Part shown: in pieces, positions 8,501-15,843 of the stretch | Numbering within the stretch: position 1 is the stretch's first letter | Layout: every line of letters starts with the position of its first letter | IMG/VR virus record: IMGVR_UViG_2896028454_000001 | Coordinates: 67,450-90,009 of that record | Length of the DNA stretch: 22,560 nucleotides | From: a virus | Taxonomy: Duplodnaviria; Heunggongvirae; Uroviricota; Caudoviricetes | Direction: 5' to 3' (one strand) | Translations under genes and position numbers: made by a program | The notes under the pieces: model-generated | Databases searched by the model: none | Told to the model about the DNA's origin: nothing | Seen by the model: the letters and a program-made list of their open reading frames with translations, nothing else

Positions 8501-10695
8501 GGGTGGACATCGACGCCGTGGTGGCGTGGGCCTCCGAGATCCCGGGGCGTATCCGCGGCCTGGTCGACATCGACGCCGCCGTGGCGTGGGTGCTCGACAT
8601 GAAGGACCGGGCCATTACCCGTTTGGGTGAGGTCGCCGTGTCCATCATGGAATGGGCGCGCGGTTTGCCGGACAAAATCCGGGGTTGGATCGACAATGCC
8701 GCGAAGGTCAAGGACTGGTTTGTTGAGTGGGGTCCGAAGATCCTCGCGGGTTTGGCTATCGCCGTTCTCGTGGTGGCTTTGGCGATCCCAGCGTTGTTCC
8801 TTTCTATTGGTGCGGCGATCCTTTTTGTTCTCGGCGTTATCGTCGTTGAACTCGGCCAGTGGCTTTGGGAAAAGTTCACTGGGCTGATGGAGACCGCTGC
8901 GGCAGCGCTCGCGGCGAAGGTTTCCTCTGTTGGCGCGAAATTCAGGCAGGTCCGTGATCAGGCTGTTTCGGCAGTCCTGAATTTGCGTGACCGGGTCCTG
9001 GGTTTCTTTGCGAATTTGCGCGACCGGTCCGTTGTCGCCGCGACCAGTTTGCGTGACCGTGTGACTGGTGCTTTCACGAACGCCCGTGACTGGGCTGTTG
9101 CCCGGGTGACGGGGTTGCGTGATCGTGCTGTGGCTGCGCTGGTGTCGGCTCGGGATCGTGGTGTTGCTGCGGTCCTGGGGTTGCGTGACCGGGCGACGTC
9201 GTTGGCGACGAACACCCGTGACTGGGTGGTCTCTCGGGCGACGTCGCTGCGTGATCGGGCTGTGGGCGTCCTGGAAAATTTCCGGGACAAGGCCATTGCT
9301 GCGTTCGATAAGGCGAAGTCGGGAATTGAAACGGCCTGGAAAAAGGTCGAGTCAATTACCAAGAAGCCCGTCTCTTTCATTGTTAACACTGTTTACAATG
9401 ACGGAATTCGGGCCACCTGGAACAAGGTGGCCGACCTTGTCGACATGAAAAAGCTCGGCCGCATCAACGGCTTCGCCACAGGCGGCATCCTCCCCGGGTA
9501 CACCCCCGGAAGGGACCCGCACAAGTTCTTTAGCCCCACAGGTGGGCGACTGGAACTGTCCGGCGGCGAAGCCATCATGCGCCCCGAATTCACCCGAGCA
9601 GTCGGCCCGGGGTGGGTCAACGCCATCAACGCCGCCGCCCGCACGGGTGGTGTCGGCGGTGTGCAAACAGCGCTCGGCTTCGCCAACGGCGGCGTGTACA
9701 CCGGACCCGTCCAACGGTTCAACGAGGGCGGCATCTTCGGACGCCTGGCCAGCTTCGGCTCCAGCTTGAAGGACATCTTCGACGGTGACGGGCTCGTGGC
9801 CGCCGCCCGCAAGGTGCTGGACCCGCTCATCGAAACCATGCGCGGCAAGTTCACCGAAGGCCGGTGGGCGGAAGCCATGGTGTCCGTGCCCAAGGTGATG
9901 CTGGACAAGCTGCTCGGCTGGTTCAAGAACACCATCGGGGGCAAGCTCGGCGGCACCGGCAAGGCCGTCGCGGACAACGCCCGCAAGTACGTGGGCCTGT
10001 CCGGCAACCCGAACCAGTTCACGAACGCGTTCGGCATGGACGGGCTGGCCTGGTGCGCCATGTTCGTGTCGGAGATGATCCGCGAGGTCAAGGCCGAAGC
10101 CGCGTACAACAACGTGCGCTCCGCGGCCGTCGCCTCGTTCGCGAACAGCTCGCTGAGGTCGGTGTACGGGGTGGGCAACACCCAACCCGGTGACCTCGCC
10201 GTGTACCGGGGCAAGGGCCCCGGGAACTGGGGTCACATCAACATCGTCGTGGACAAGCACGGCGGCACCATCGGCGGCAACGAGTCCAACAGCGTGAAGT
10301 TCTCCTCTGGCTACTCGGCCAGGGCAACGAAGTTCATGCGGCCCAAGGCCCTGGCCATGGCCACTGGCGGCATCTGGGACCAGGACCAGGCGTTCAACAC
10401 CACCGCCACGACCCCGCCGCTCACACGGATGCTGCGGGCCCTCGACGCCGTCCCCACCTTGTACGACCGGGGCGGTTGGCTGATGCCCGGACTCCAACTG
10501 GTCGCCAACCAGACCGGCCGTCCGGAACCGGTGCTCACCGACCGGCAGTGGGCGGACATCCGCTCCGCCCGGGAGGAACGGCGCCGTGAACGCCCCACCC
10601 AGACGTTCAACATCCACGAGTCCCGCAACCCGCGGGTGACCGCACGCAAGGTCGTGACCGCCCAGTCCGACTGGGACGCATTGCACCCGGTCTGA
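5584..10695 (+). CDS. Tape measure protein with C-terminal CHAP-like peptidoglycan hydrolase
   Basis: 1703 aa. TP901-type core (FEQQMNRVRAVSGAT...TQYSASEAADAMGFLAMAG), hydrophobic segments, 11-residue repeats, GFATGG motif, and WCAMFVS...GDLAVY...GHINIV. Confidence 0.95.
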   Translation: MATTVGAVWLNVLPSMRDFTKKLTGDATDAAAKAAKMSGSKLGAGIVDEASKEVKNTSAKAARQAGEKVADEAASAATKKLPKELGKTGDTAGRALGDALTRSTTTATRDVVAAVTKTTERTLPAAMSAQAGKAGEQAGAAMSRAMASSYQTPTGGFTGWVSSATSAAREAGASAASALSSTFSSAGPAITTALTGAVGGAIAAASREGVAQAGAAWSSAGAAMAAAGQQTTASLSVPMAAFGAITLKTAGDFEQQMNRVRAVSGATGAEFDSLNSLAQELGASTQYSASEAADAMGFLAMAGFEVDEILSALPGTLDLAAAGAIDLADAADIASNILTGFGFEAEELARVNDILTATFTNSNVNMTQLGYSFKYIGPVANSAGLQFEELAAAVGLLGNAGIQGEMAGTALRGGISRLLKPTGAVADTLDMLGVSVQDSAGNMRSLTDIFAQLEEAGATTADMLTIFGLEAGPGMMALLEQGSGTLSDFTTELENAGGTAGRIADIQMEGLNGSLKELRSAFEGLLLAIADSGMLETVTGRVETLTGVIQDLSATNPELLNTAAGFVGFLAAIGPILWIGGRVAGTIGTLTTAVHSSAKFVGLAVDGWKGAGTVWAAGTPLVTRLTAAIRTQYLALKLQAAMTNRSTAAMILHNTWSKIVRGATLAWQGAQWLLNAALNANPIGLVVIAIAALVAAAVLAYHHVDAFRVFVDDLWASAKVLIEQLKPLAPVFLRIAKVTTLIAFGPLIAAFLLLRTVVRAAWQVLEPAWVWLVDYWDSTLGPKVRAVGDWFVRMGDRISDAWGRLVGLFRDPPTFGELADKLKAVGSDVAGWFKARAADVGAWISDLPRLIWEGGSGLGESFLGLLRTILDPATLTGIGQGIAGHITGGLDWLLDQAQLLPGKLRPKLEAAATAVVEWAQALPGRIEAKVSDLAGRVSDWAAEVGPRIVAKLRGAGEDIAAWFKAFPGRVRDWVDIDAVVAWASEIPGRIRGLVDIDAAVAWVLDMKDRAITRLGEVAVSIMEWARGLPDKIRGWIDNAAKVKDWFVEWGPKILAGLAIAVLVVALAIPALFLSIGAAILFVLGVIVVELGQWLWEKFTGLMETAAAALAAKVSSVGAKFRQVRDQAVSAVLNLRDRVLGFFANLRDRSVVAATSLRDRVTGAFTNARDWAVARVTGLRDRAVAALVSARDRGVAAVLGLRDRATSLATNTRDWVVSRATSLRDRAVGVLENFRDKAIAAFDKAKSGIETAWKKVESITKKPVSFIVNTVYNDGIRATWNKVADLVDMKKLGRINGFATGGILPGYTPGRDPHKFFSPTGGRLELSGGEAIMRPEFTRAVGPGWVNAINAAARTGGVGGVQTALGFANGGVYTGPVQRFNEGGIFGRLASFGSSLKDIFDGDGLVAAARKVLDPLIETMRGKFTEGRWAEAMVSVPKVMLDKLLGWFKNTIGGKLGGTGKAVADNARKYVGLSGNPNQFTNAFGMDGLAWCAMFVSEMIREVKAEAAYNNVRSAAVASFANSSLRSVYGVGNTQPGDLAVYRGKGPGNWGHINIVVDKHGGTIGGNESNSVKFSSGYSARATKFMRPKALAMATGGIWDQDQAFNTTATTPPLTRMLRALDAVPTLYDRGGWLMPGLQLVANQTGRPEPVLTDRQWADIRSAREERRRERPTQTFNIHESRNPRVTARKVVTAQSDWDALHPV

Positions 10696-10738
10696 CCTGA
10701 CATAACAACCGAACACCGGAAGAGGGGAGGGGCGCCCG

Positions 10739-11698
10739 ATGCCCATCGTCTACCTGCCACCCACACCACCAGGTAGGCCCGGGGTCGGGCTCCCTCCCCG
10801 CCCACCCGACTACACCACCCGCATCACCTGGACCTCCTCGGCCGGGAGGGTCACCACCCTCACCGACTGGCGGGACGGGTACACGCTGTTGGACGGGGCC
10901 CGAGGGTTGGGGATGCCCGAGTACGAGTTCTACCGGCGCGTGTCGGGGGTGCTCGACGGTGACCAGGTCGCGGGGGTGCGCGCCCTGTCCCGGGAGATTT
11001 TCCTGCCCATCCGTGTCCACGGCCGAGACCGGGGCGACATCATCGACCGGCGCCGCCGGTTGGCCGCTGACCTGGACCCGATGGACGTCAACGGCGGCGG
11101 CCGAGGCGTGTTGACCGTCAAGGAGTTCGACGGCACCTCCCGGCGGATCGTCGCCCACTACGAAGCCGGTGCTGAAGGCGAGATGGCCCGGGACGTGGAG
11201 GGCCTGTTGTGGGCCACGTTCGGGCTCACCTTCCGCGCCGAACAACCCTTCTGGGAGCTGGACCCGGTGGAGATCATCTACCGGGGGCCGGCCAACGACG
11301 GCCGGTCATGGCTGCCGATCCTCCCGCTTCAGGTGCGCGAGTCCGCGGCGATCGGCCCCGGTATGGGGATCAGGGTCGCCGGGTCGGTGCGCACGTGGCC
11401 GGTGTGGACGTTGAAGGGCCCGATCGCGCCGGGGGCCCGGCTGGAAAACGTCACCACGGGGAAGTGGATGGAGATCACCGCCCCGTTGGAGTCGGGGGAT
11501 GAGCTGGTGATCGACACCCGGCCGCGCCGTAAGTCGGTGCGGCTCAACGGTGACCGGGCGTACCAGCACCTCGCGCACCCGGGTTCCACGCTGTGGCCGC
11601 TCCCGCCGGGAGCCAACACGGTCGACGTGACCGCGTCCGGGTTGGCGGAGGAGTCTCGGCTGATCCTGCGGTACACACCGCTTGCGCCGACAGCATAA
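10739..11698 (+). CDS. Distal tail protein (Dit, siphovirus tail component)
   Basis: First gene after the tape measure. Motifs LDGARGLGMP, FGLTFRAEQPFW, LVIDTRP and LWPLPPGANTV. Confidence 0.85.
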   Translation: MPIVYLPPTPPGRPGVGLPPRPPDYTTRITWTSSAGRVTTLTDWRDGYTLLDGARGLGMPEYEFYRRVSGVLDGDQVAGVRALSREIFLPIRVHGRDRGDIIDRRRRLAADLDPMDVNGGGRGVLTVKEFDGTSRRIVAHYEAGAEGEMARDVEGLLWATFGLTFRAEQPFWELDPVEIIYRGPANDGRSWLPILPLQVRESAAIGPGMGIRVAGSVRTWPVWTLKGPIAPGARLENVTTGKWMEITAPLESGDELVIDTRPRRKSVRLNGDRAYQHLAHPGSTLWPLPPGANTVDVTASGLAEESRLILRYTPLAPTA

Positions 11699-11930
11699 AA
11701 GGATGGGCTTGGCCGTAGAGGTGTTGCGCTGTTGAAGATTGTCAACACACACAAAAGTCTTCAACGTAGACGGCCCCGAAAGACCGTTGATATGAAGCGT
11801 TGTTGAAATGCACCAACACATACAAAAGGCTTCAACGTAGACAGCCCCGAAGGGCCGTTAGGTCGCTTGCCTCAAACGCAAGGTCAGAGATCCAAACAAC
11901 TACCTTCAACGTGGACGGCCAAGCCCACTC
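11697..11930 (-). ncRNA. Candidate structured ncRNA / CRISPR-like mini-array with 71-nt periodicity
   Basis: Low-GC intergenic island. CTTCAACGTRGACRGCC at 11759, 11830 and 11904. UUCG hairpins on the minus strand. Terminal inverted repeat GGGCTTGGCCGT (11705-11716) / ACGGCCAAGCCC (11915-11926). Ends in UUUU on the minus strand. Confidence 0.6.
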
Positions 11931-11935
11931 CCCAA

Positions 11936-11964
11936 ACAGTAGTCGCACCCTACGACACCCGCAA
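11936..11964 (-). promoter_or_regulatory. Candidate sigma70/HrdB-type promoter for the minus-strand RNA
   Basis: TTGCGG (11964-11959), 17 nt, TACTGT (11941-11936). The predicted start (~11929-11930) coincides with the edge of the element. Confidence 0.5.
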
Positions 11965-11987
11965 CCGGTCCGAGGAAGAAGGTGGGC

Positions 11988-13178
11988 ATGGACGAATGGA
12001 CAATCCGGGTACGCGACGCGAACCGGGAGATGATCGGCGAGATCGACGACGAACAAGAGCTGGAGATCCGCGACCGCCACCTCGGCCACGGGGCATGGAA
12101 GATTGTCGCGGACGCCGACACCGACTCCGCGGCCCTCCTCGAAGAGGGCGACGGCATCGTGTTCGAGATCAACGGCCAGACCGTGTTCTCCGGGCCCATC
12201 ACCCGGCACGTCGCCGAAGTCAGCGACGACGAAGCCGGGACCGACCGGCCGGACGGCGCGGAAACCGTCACCTTCACCGGCATCAGCGACACCAGCGCGT
12301 TCCGTCGCATCATCTACCCCGACCCCACCCGGGCCATCACCACGGCGGGAGTGAAACACCCCGTCGACCGCACCACCCTGCGCGGCCCCGCCGAAACCGT
12401 CATCGGCACCCTCATCGACCAGCAGGCCGGGCCGTCCGCGCTCCCCACCCGCCGCCACCCCGGCCTGGTCATCCCCACCAGCCAAGGGCGCGGCCCCCAC
12501 ATCACCAGCTCGGAACGGTTCACCGACCTGCACGAGCACGCGTTCGCCCTGGGCGCCGGGGCGAACCTGGGTTGGCGGGTGATCCAGGACGGGACCGACC
12601 TGGTGTTCGGCGTGTACCAGCCCCAAGACCTCACCGACCAGATGGGGTTCTCCGTTGAGCTCGGCAACGTCGACACCTACACCTACGAGCTGACTCCACC
12701 CGAGGTCACCCACCTGATCATCGGCGCCGGAGGGCAAGGCAAGGATCGGCTCCTGTTCCAGTACACCCAACCCTCCCCGCTGTGGCCCGGCCTAGTCATC
12801 GAGGAGTTCAAGGACTCCCGCGACTTGAAGCAGGCGCCGGACGGCCCGGACGACACCGAGTGGGTAGACCCGGCCGTGGCCAGCGCCCAGCAGGCCGAGG
12901 AACGGTTCGCGGAGGCCGCCGCACAGCAAACCGTCGCGTTCGACCTGCTCCCCACCGAGGGTCTGGTGTGGGGGACGGATGTTGGCCTGGGCGACCGCGT
13001 CAACTTCGACACCCCCCGCGGGGTCGTGGTTGACCTGATCCGTGAGGTCGTCTACCACCGCACCCCCACGGACGGGCAGCGCATCACCCCGATCGTCGGC
13101 GACGAGATCCACATGCCTGCCACCTACCGGGCGTTGCGCCGGTTGCGCCGAGAGGTCGCCCGTCTGGCCGCCGCCTAA
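11988..13178 (+). CDS. Minor tail / baseplate hub protein (Tal, Gp37-like)
   Basis: Follows Dit. Motifs WTIRVRDAN, VFSGPI, TVTFTGISD, IIGAGGQGKDR and WGTDVGLGDRV. Start is ATG 11988 or GTG 11982. Confidence 0.82.
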   Translation: MDEWTIRVRDANREMIGEIDDEQELEIRDRHLGHGAWKIVADADTDSAALLEEGDGIVFEINGQTVFSGPITRHVAEVSDDEAGTDRPDGAETVTFTGISDTSAFRRIIYPDPTRAITTAGVKHPVDRTTLRGPAETVIGTLIDQQAGPSALPTRRHPGLVIPTSQGRGPHITSSERFTDLHEHAFALGAGANLGWRVIQDGTDLVFGVYQPQDLTDQMGFSVELGNVDTYTYELTPPEVTHLIIGAGGQGKDRLLFQYTQPSPLWPGLVIEEFKDSRDLKQAPDGPDDTEWVDPAVASAQQAEERFAEAAAQQTVAFDLLPTEGLVWGTDVGLGDRVNFDTPRGVVVDLIREVVYHRTPTDGQRITPIVGDEIHMPATYRALRRLRREVARLAAA

Positions 13179-13254
13179 CCCTCGTTGTCTTTCTCCATCC
13201 ACCAGGGCCCGCACCACCACGGTGTGGGCCCTCCGTCATGAAAGGGGGCTCCTG

Positions 13255-14241
13255 GTGGCTGAACTGTCCGGCGTGTTCGCCGACTCGCCGCTGGACGCCG
13301 CCGAAGACCTCGCTCGCCTGCTCCGCCAGTTCGCGCCTTCGGGTGTGGTCACCACCAGGGGCATGTCCCCACCGGTCGACGCGGGCGACGAACTGGAGAT
13401 CACCGCGAACGGCACCGGGCTGATCACCCTCGGCACTGGGTTCGCTCTGGTCGGCGGGTACTGGTACCGGGTCACCGCGCCCATCACCCTGCCCGTCACC
13501 GCGAACACGTCCTCCCAGGCCCGCCGGGACCTGGTGGTGGTCCGCGCCGATCCGACCGCGGGTGCGGCGACCGCGACCATCCTGCCGGGCACACCCGGGG
13601 CTGGTTCGGCTCCGTCCCCGTCCCGTGAGGGGGCTGGGGTGTGGGACGTGGTCCTGGGGGTTGTCACCGTCGCGGGCAACTCCTCGGTGGTCGTCTCCGG
13701 GGATGTGGACCTGCGCCCTCGCGAGTTCACGTCCGCTTCCGGTGCGGTGCCGTGCCTGTCCACGAACCGGCCGCCGGTCCCGCACCGGGGCATGGTCGCC
13801 TGGGAGACCGACACCCGCCGGGTGATGGTGTGGACCGGTTCCACGTGGGCGACCGTGTCCGAGACCCAGTACCCCACGGACTGGCAGTCGATCGAGCTGC
13901 GGTCCGGGTTCACCTACGGGGGTTCGGGTTCCCGCCCCGAGTGGCGGTGGGTGCGCCCCGGCTCGGTGGAGTTGCGGGGCACGATCTCGCGGATGAGCGG
14001 TGCGGGCATCGAGACGAACAACTACATCGGTCGGATGCCCGCGGCGGCCCGGCCGAACGCGAACCGCCGGTATGTGGGGGCGTCCGCTGCTCACACCACG
14101 GGGTATTCGGTGCGCATGGAGGTCAAGTCGACCTACCAGGGCGTCAACTCCGAAAACGCGGGCCGCATCTGGGTGTACACGGACGGCAAGCACGCCCCGA
14201 TTTGGGTGTCCCTGGACGGGTGGTTCTATGACGTCTCCTGA
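13255..14241 (+). CDS. Minor tail protein
   Basis: GAAAGGGGG before GTG 13255. Motifs GTGFALVGGYWY and RRDLVVVRAD, and a C-terminal beta-rich receptor-binding-like segment ending WVSLDGWFY. Confidence 0.72.
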   Translation: MAELSGVFADSPLDAAEDLARLLRQFAPSGVVTTRGMSPPVDAGDELEITANGTGLITLGTGFALVGGYWYRVTAPITLPVTANTSSQARRDLVVVRADPTAGAATATILPGTPGAGSAPSPSREGAGVWDVVLGVVTVAGNSSVVVSGDVDLRPREFTSASGAVPCLSTNRPPVPHRGMVAWETDTRRVMVWTGSTWATVSETQYPTDWQSIELRSGFTYGGSGSRPEWRWVRPGSVELRGTISRMSGAGIETNNYIGRMPAAARPNANRRYVGASAAHTTGYSVRMEVKSTYQGVNSENAGRIWVYTDGKHAPIWVSLDGWFYDVS

Positions 14242-14647
14242 CCTGCCCACCTGGCTCACATCCGCTGGGGTGTGGATCGGGGGTGTCGCTGCCCTGATCA
14301 CCGGCATCACCGTGATCACGGTTGGGGCCCGCAAGGCCGCGGTCAACTTGGTCCGGTTCGTGCGCCGCACCGTCCACCTGGTGGATGACCTGGTTGGGGA
14401 ACCCGAACGGCCCGGGGTGGAAGGCCGCCCCGGGGTGATGGAACGCCTCGCCCAGATCGAGGACCGTCTGAGCGACGTTGAGCACGAGGTCAAGCACAAC
14501 AACGGCACCTCGTTGAAGGACTCGGCGAAGCGCACCGAGGACACCGTGAAGGAACTCGCTGACCGGGTGGACAAGCTCGCGGCCCGCGACCCCCACCCCC
14601 CGGTGGTCCAGCAGGACATCACGATCCGCCCCGACCAACCCGACTGA
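14228..14647 (+). CDS. Membrane protein, DUF2746-like (lysis region)
   Basis: N-terminal TM helix, then GVMERL and EHEVKHNNGTSLKD, resembling the motif of actinophage DUF2746-type proteins. Confidence 0.65.
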   Translation: MTSPDLPTWLTSAGVWIGGVAALITGITVITVGARKAAVNLVRFVRRTVHLVDDLVGEPERPGVEGRPGVMERLAQIEDRLSDVEHEVKHNNGTSLKDSAKRTEDTVKELADRVDKLAARDPHPPVVQQDITIRPDQPD

Positions 14648-14673
14648 ATCCCCTCCGCAACTTCCTTCCCCTT

Positions 14674-14703
14674 GGGCCCTGACTTCCTGGTCAGGGCCCT
14701 TTC
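14674..14703 (+). terminator. Terminator-like hairpin upstream of endolysin
   Basis: GGGCCCTGAC / GTCAGGGCCC 10-bp stem followed by TTT. Confidence 0.65.
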
Positions 14704-14730
14704 TCATGCCCACAGAGAGAGGCACCCCGC

Positions 14731-15711
14731 ATGATCCTTCGTCCCCGCTCCCACTTCGGTTGGGGGGCATCCGCCGCCGACTACGCCAACCCCACCAAGG
14801 GTCTGGTCGTGCACTACAACGGCGGCCCCACCAGCCTCCGCACCGTCGAGGACTGCATCCGCTACTGGAAGGGCGTCCGCACCCAGCACATGTCCGGCAA
14901 CGGGTGGGCCGACATCGGCTATTCGTTCGGTGTCGCGGTCAACGGTGAGGTGTTCACCGGCCGTGGCCTGAACCGGTACCAGGCCGCCCAGGGCACCACC
15001 TCGGGTAACGCCAACTACTACTCCGTCAGCCTCATGATCGGCGGGACCGAGCAGCCCACCCCCGCCCAGATCCAGGCCGTGAAGGACCTGCGCGCCTACC
15101 TGATGGCCCGCGGCAACTCCGGGACCGTCCTCGGCCACCGCGACTTCGTGTCCACCTCGTGCCCCGGCGGTGTCCTGTACCCGCTCGTCAAGGACGGCAC
15201 GTTCACCGGGTCCGGCAACGGCACCCCCACCACCAGCACCGGAACGGGCGAGTACCGGCCGGAGAACGGCGACGGTCTGTACATGCTGTACGAGTACGGC
15301 GACGCCATCAAGCCCCTCCAGCCCAAGCTGGGTGTCACCTCGGATGGGTACTACGGGCCCGGCACCGAGGCCGCGGTGCGCGCTTACCAGCAGGCGAACG
15401 GGCTCACCGTGGACGGCATCGCCGGGCCGCAGACCCTCACCCACCTCGGCCTGACCGCCCCCGCCCCGGCCAAGGACTCCGGTGTCGTGGAGTGGCCGGG
15501 CGTGTACCTGAAGGACTACACCGCCCACACCTCGGCGCGCACCTGGCAGCAGCGCATGAAGGACCGGGGCTGGACGATCACGGTCGACGGCAAGTACGGG
15601 CCCGCCTCCGCCCGGGTGTGCCTCGCCTTCCAGAAGGAGAAGCGCCTGACCGCCGACGGGATCGTGGGCCCCGACACGTGGCGTGCCGCATGGACCTCCC
15701 CGGTCACCTGA
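14731..15711 (+). CDS. Endolysin: Amidase_2 (PGRP-like) plus two PG_binding_1 domains
   Basis: LVVHY, GWADIGYSF, GRG, GHRD and SCPG (His/His/Cys zinc ligands). DGYYGPGTEAAVRAYQ...GLTVDGIAGPQT and DGKYGPAS...LTADGIVGPDTW repeats. Confidence 0.93.
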   Translation: MILRPRSHFGWGASAADYANPTKGLVVHYNGGPTSLRTVEDCIRYWKGVRTQHMSGNGWADIGYSFGVAVNGEVFTGRGLNRYQAAQGTTSGNANYYSVSLMIGGTEQPTPAQIQAVKDLRAYLMARGNSGTVLGHRDFVSTSCPGGVLYPLVKDGTFTGSGNGTPTTSTGTGEYRPENGDGLYMLYEYGDAIKPLQPKLGVTSDGYYGPGTEAAVRAYQQANGLTVDGIAGPQTLTHLGLTAPAPAKDSGVVEWPGVYLKDYTAHTSARTWQQRMKDRGWTITVDGKYGPASARVCLAFQKEKRLTADGIVGPDTWRAAWTSPVT

Positions 15712-15843
15712 CCCGCCGGCCCCGGCCGCGCCCCGCCTTGTGGGTCGCGACCGGGTTCGCCGCCGGGGTGGTCCTGGTCTGCGCCGTGTGGGCCACCTCA
15801 GACCTGGTCCTGTGCGCACACGGGCCCGTCCTGGTCCTTCCCC

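Noticed and set aside
8503-8590. 60-nt (20-aa) duplication VDIDA(V/A)VAW in the tape measure gene
   Set aside because: Ordinary tape measure repeat expansion.
11701-11930. Canonical functional CRISPR locus
   Set aside because: Only two full, non-identical repeats, related spacers and no cas genes in the window. Reported as CRISPR-like only.
11739-11940. Repeated peptide THTK(V/G)FNVD(G/S)PE(R/G)PL and ORFs 11800-12033 and 11867-12658 across the repeat element
   Set aside because: Differences between copies are mostly non-synonymous, frames are interrupted and lack SDs. The changes fit RNA pairing on the minus strand better.
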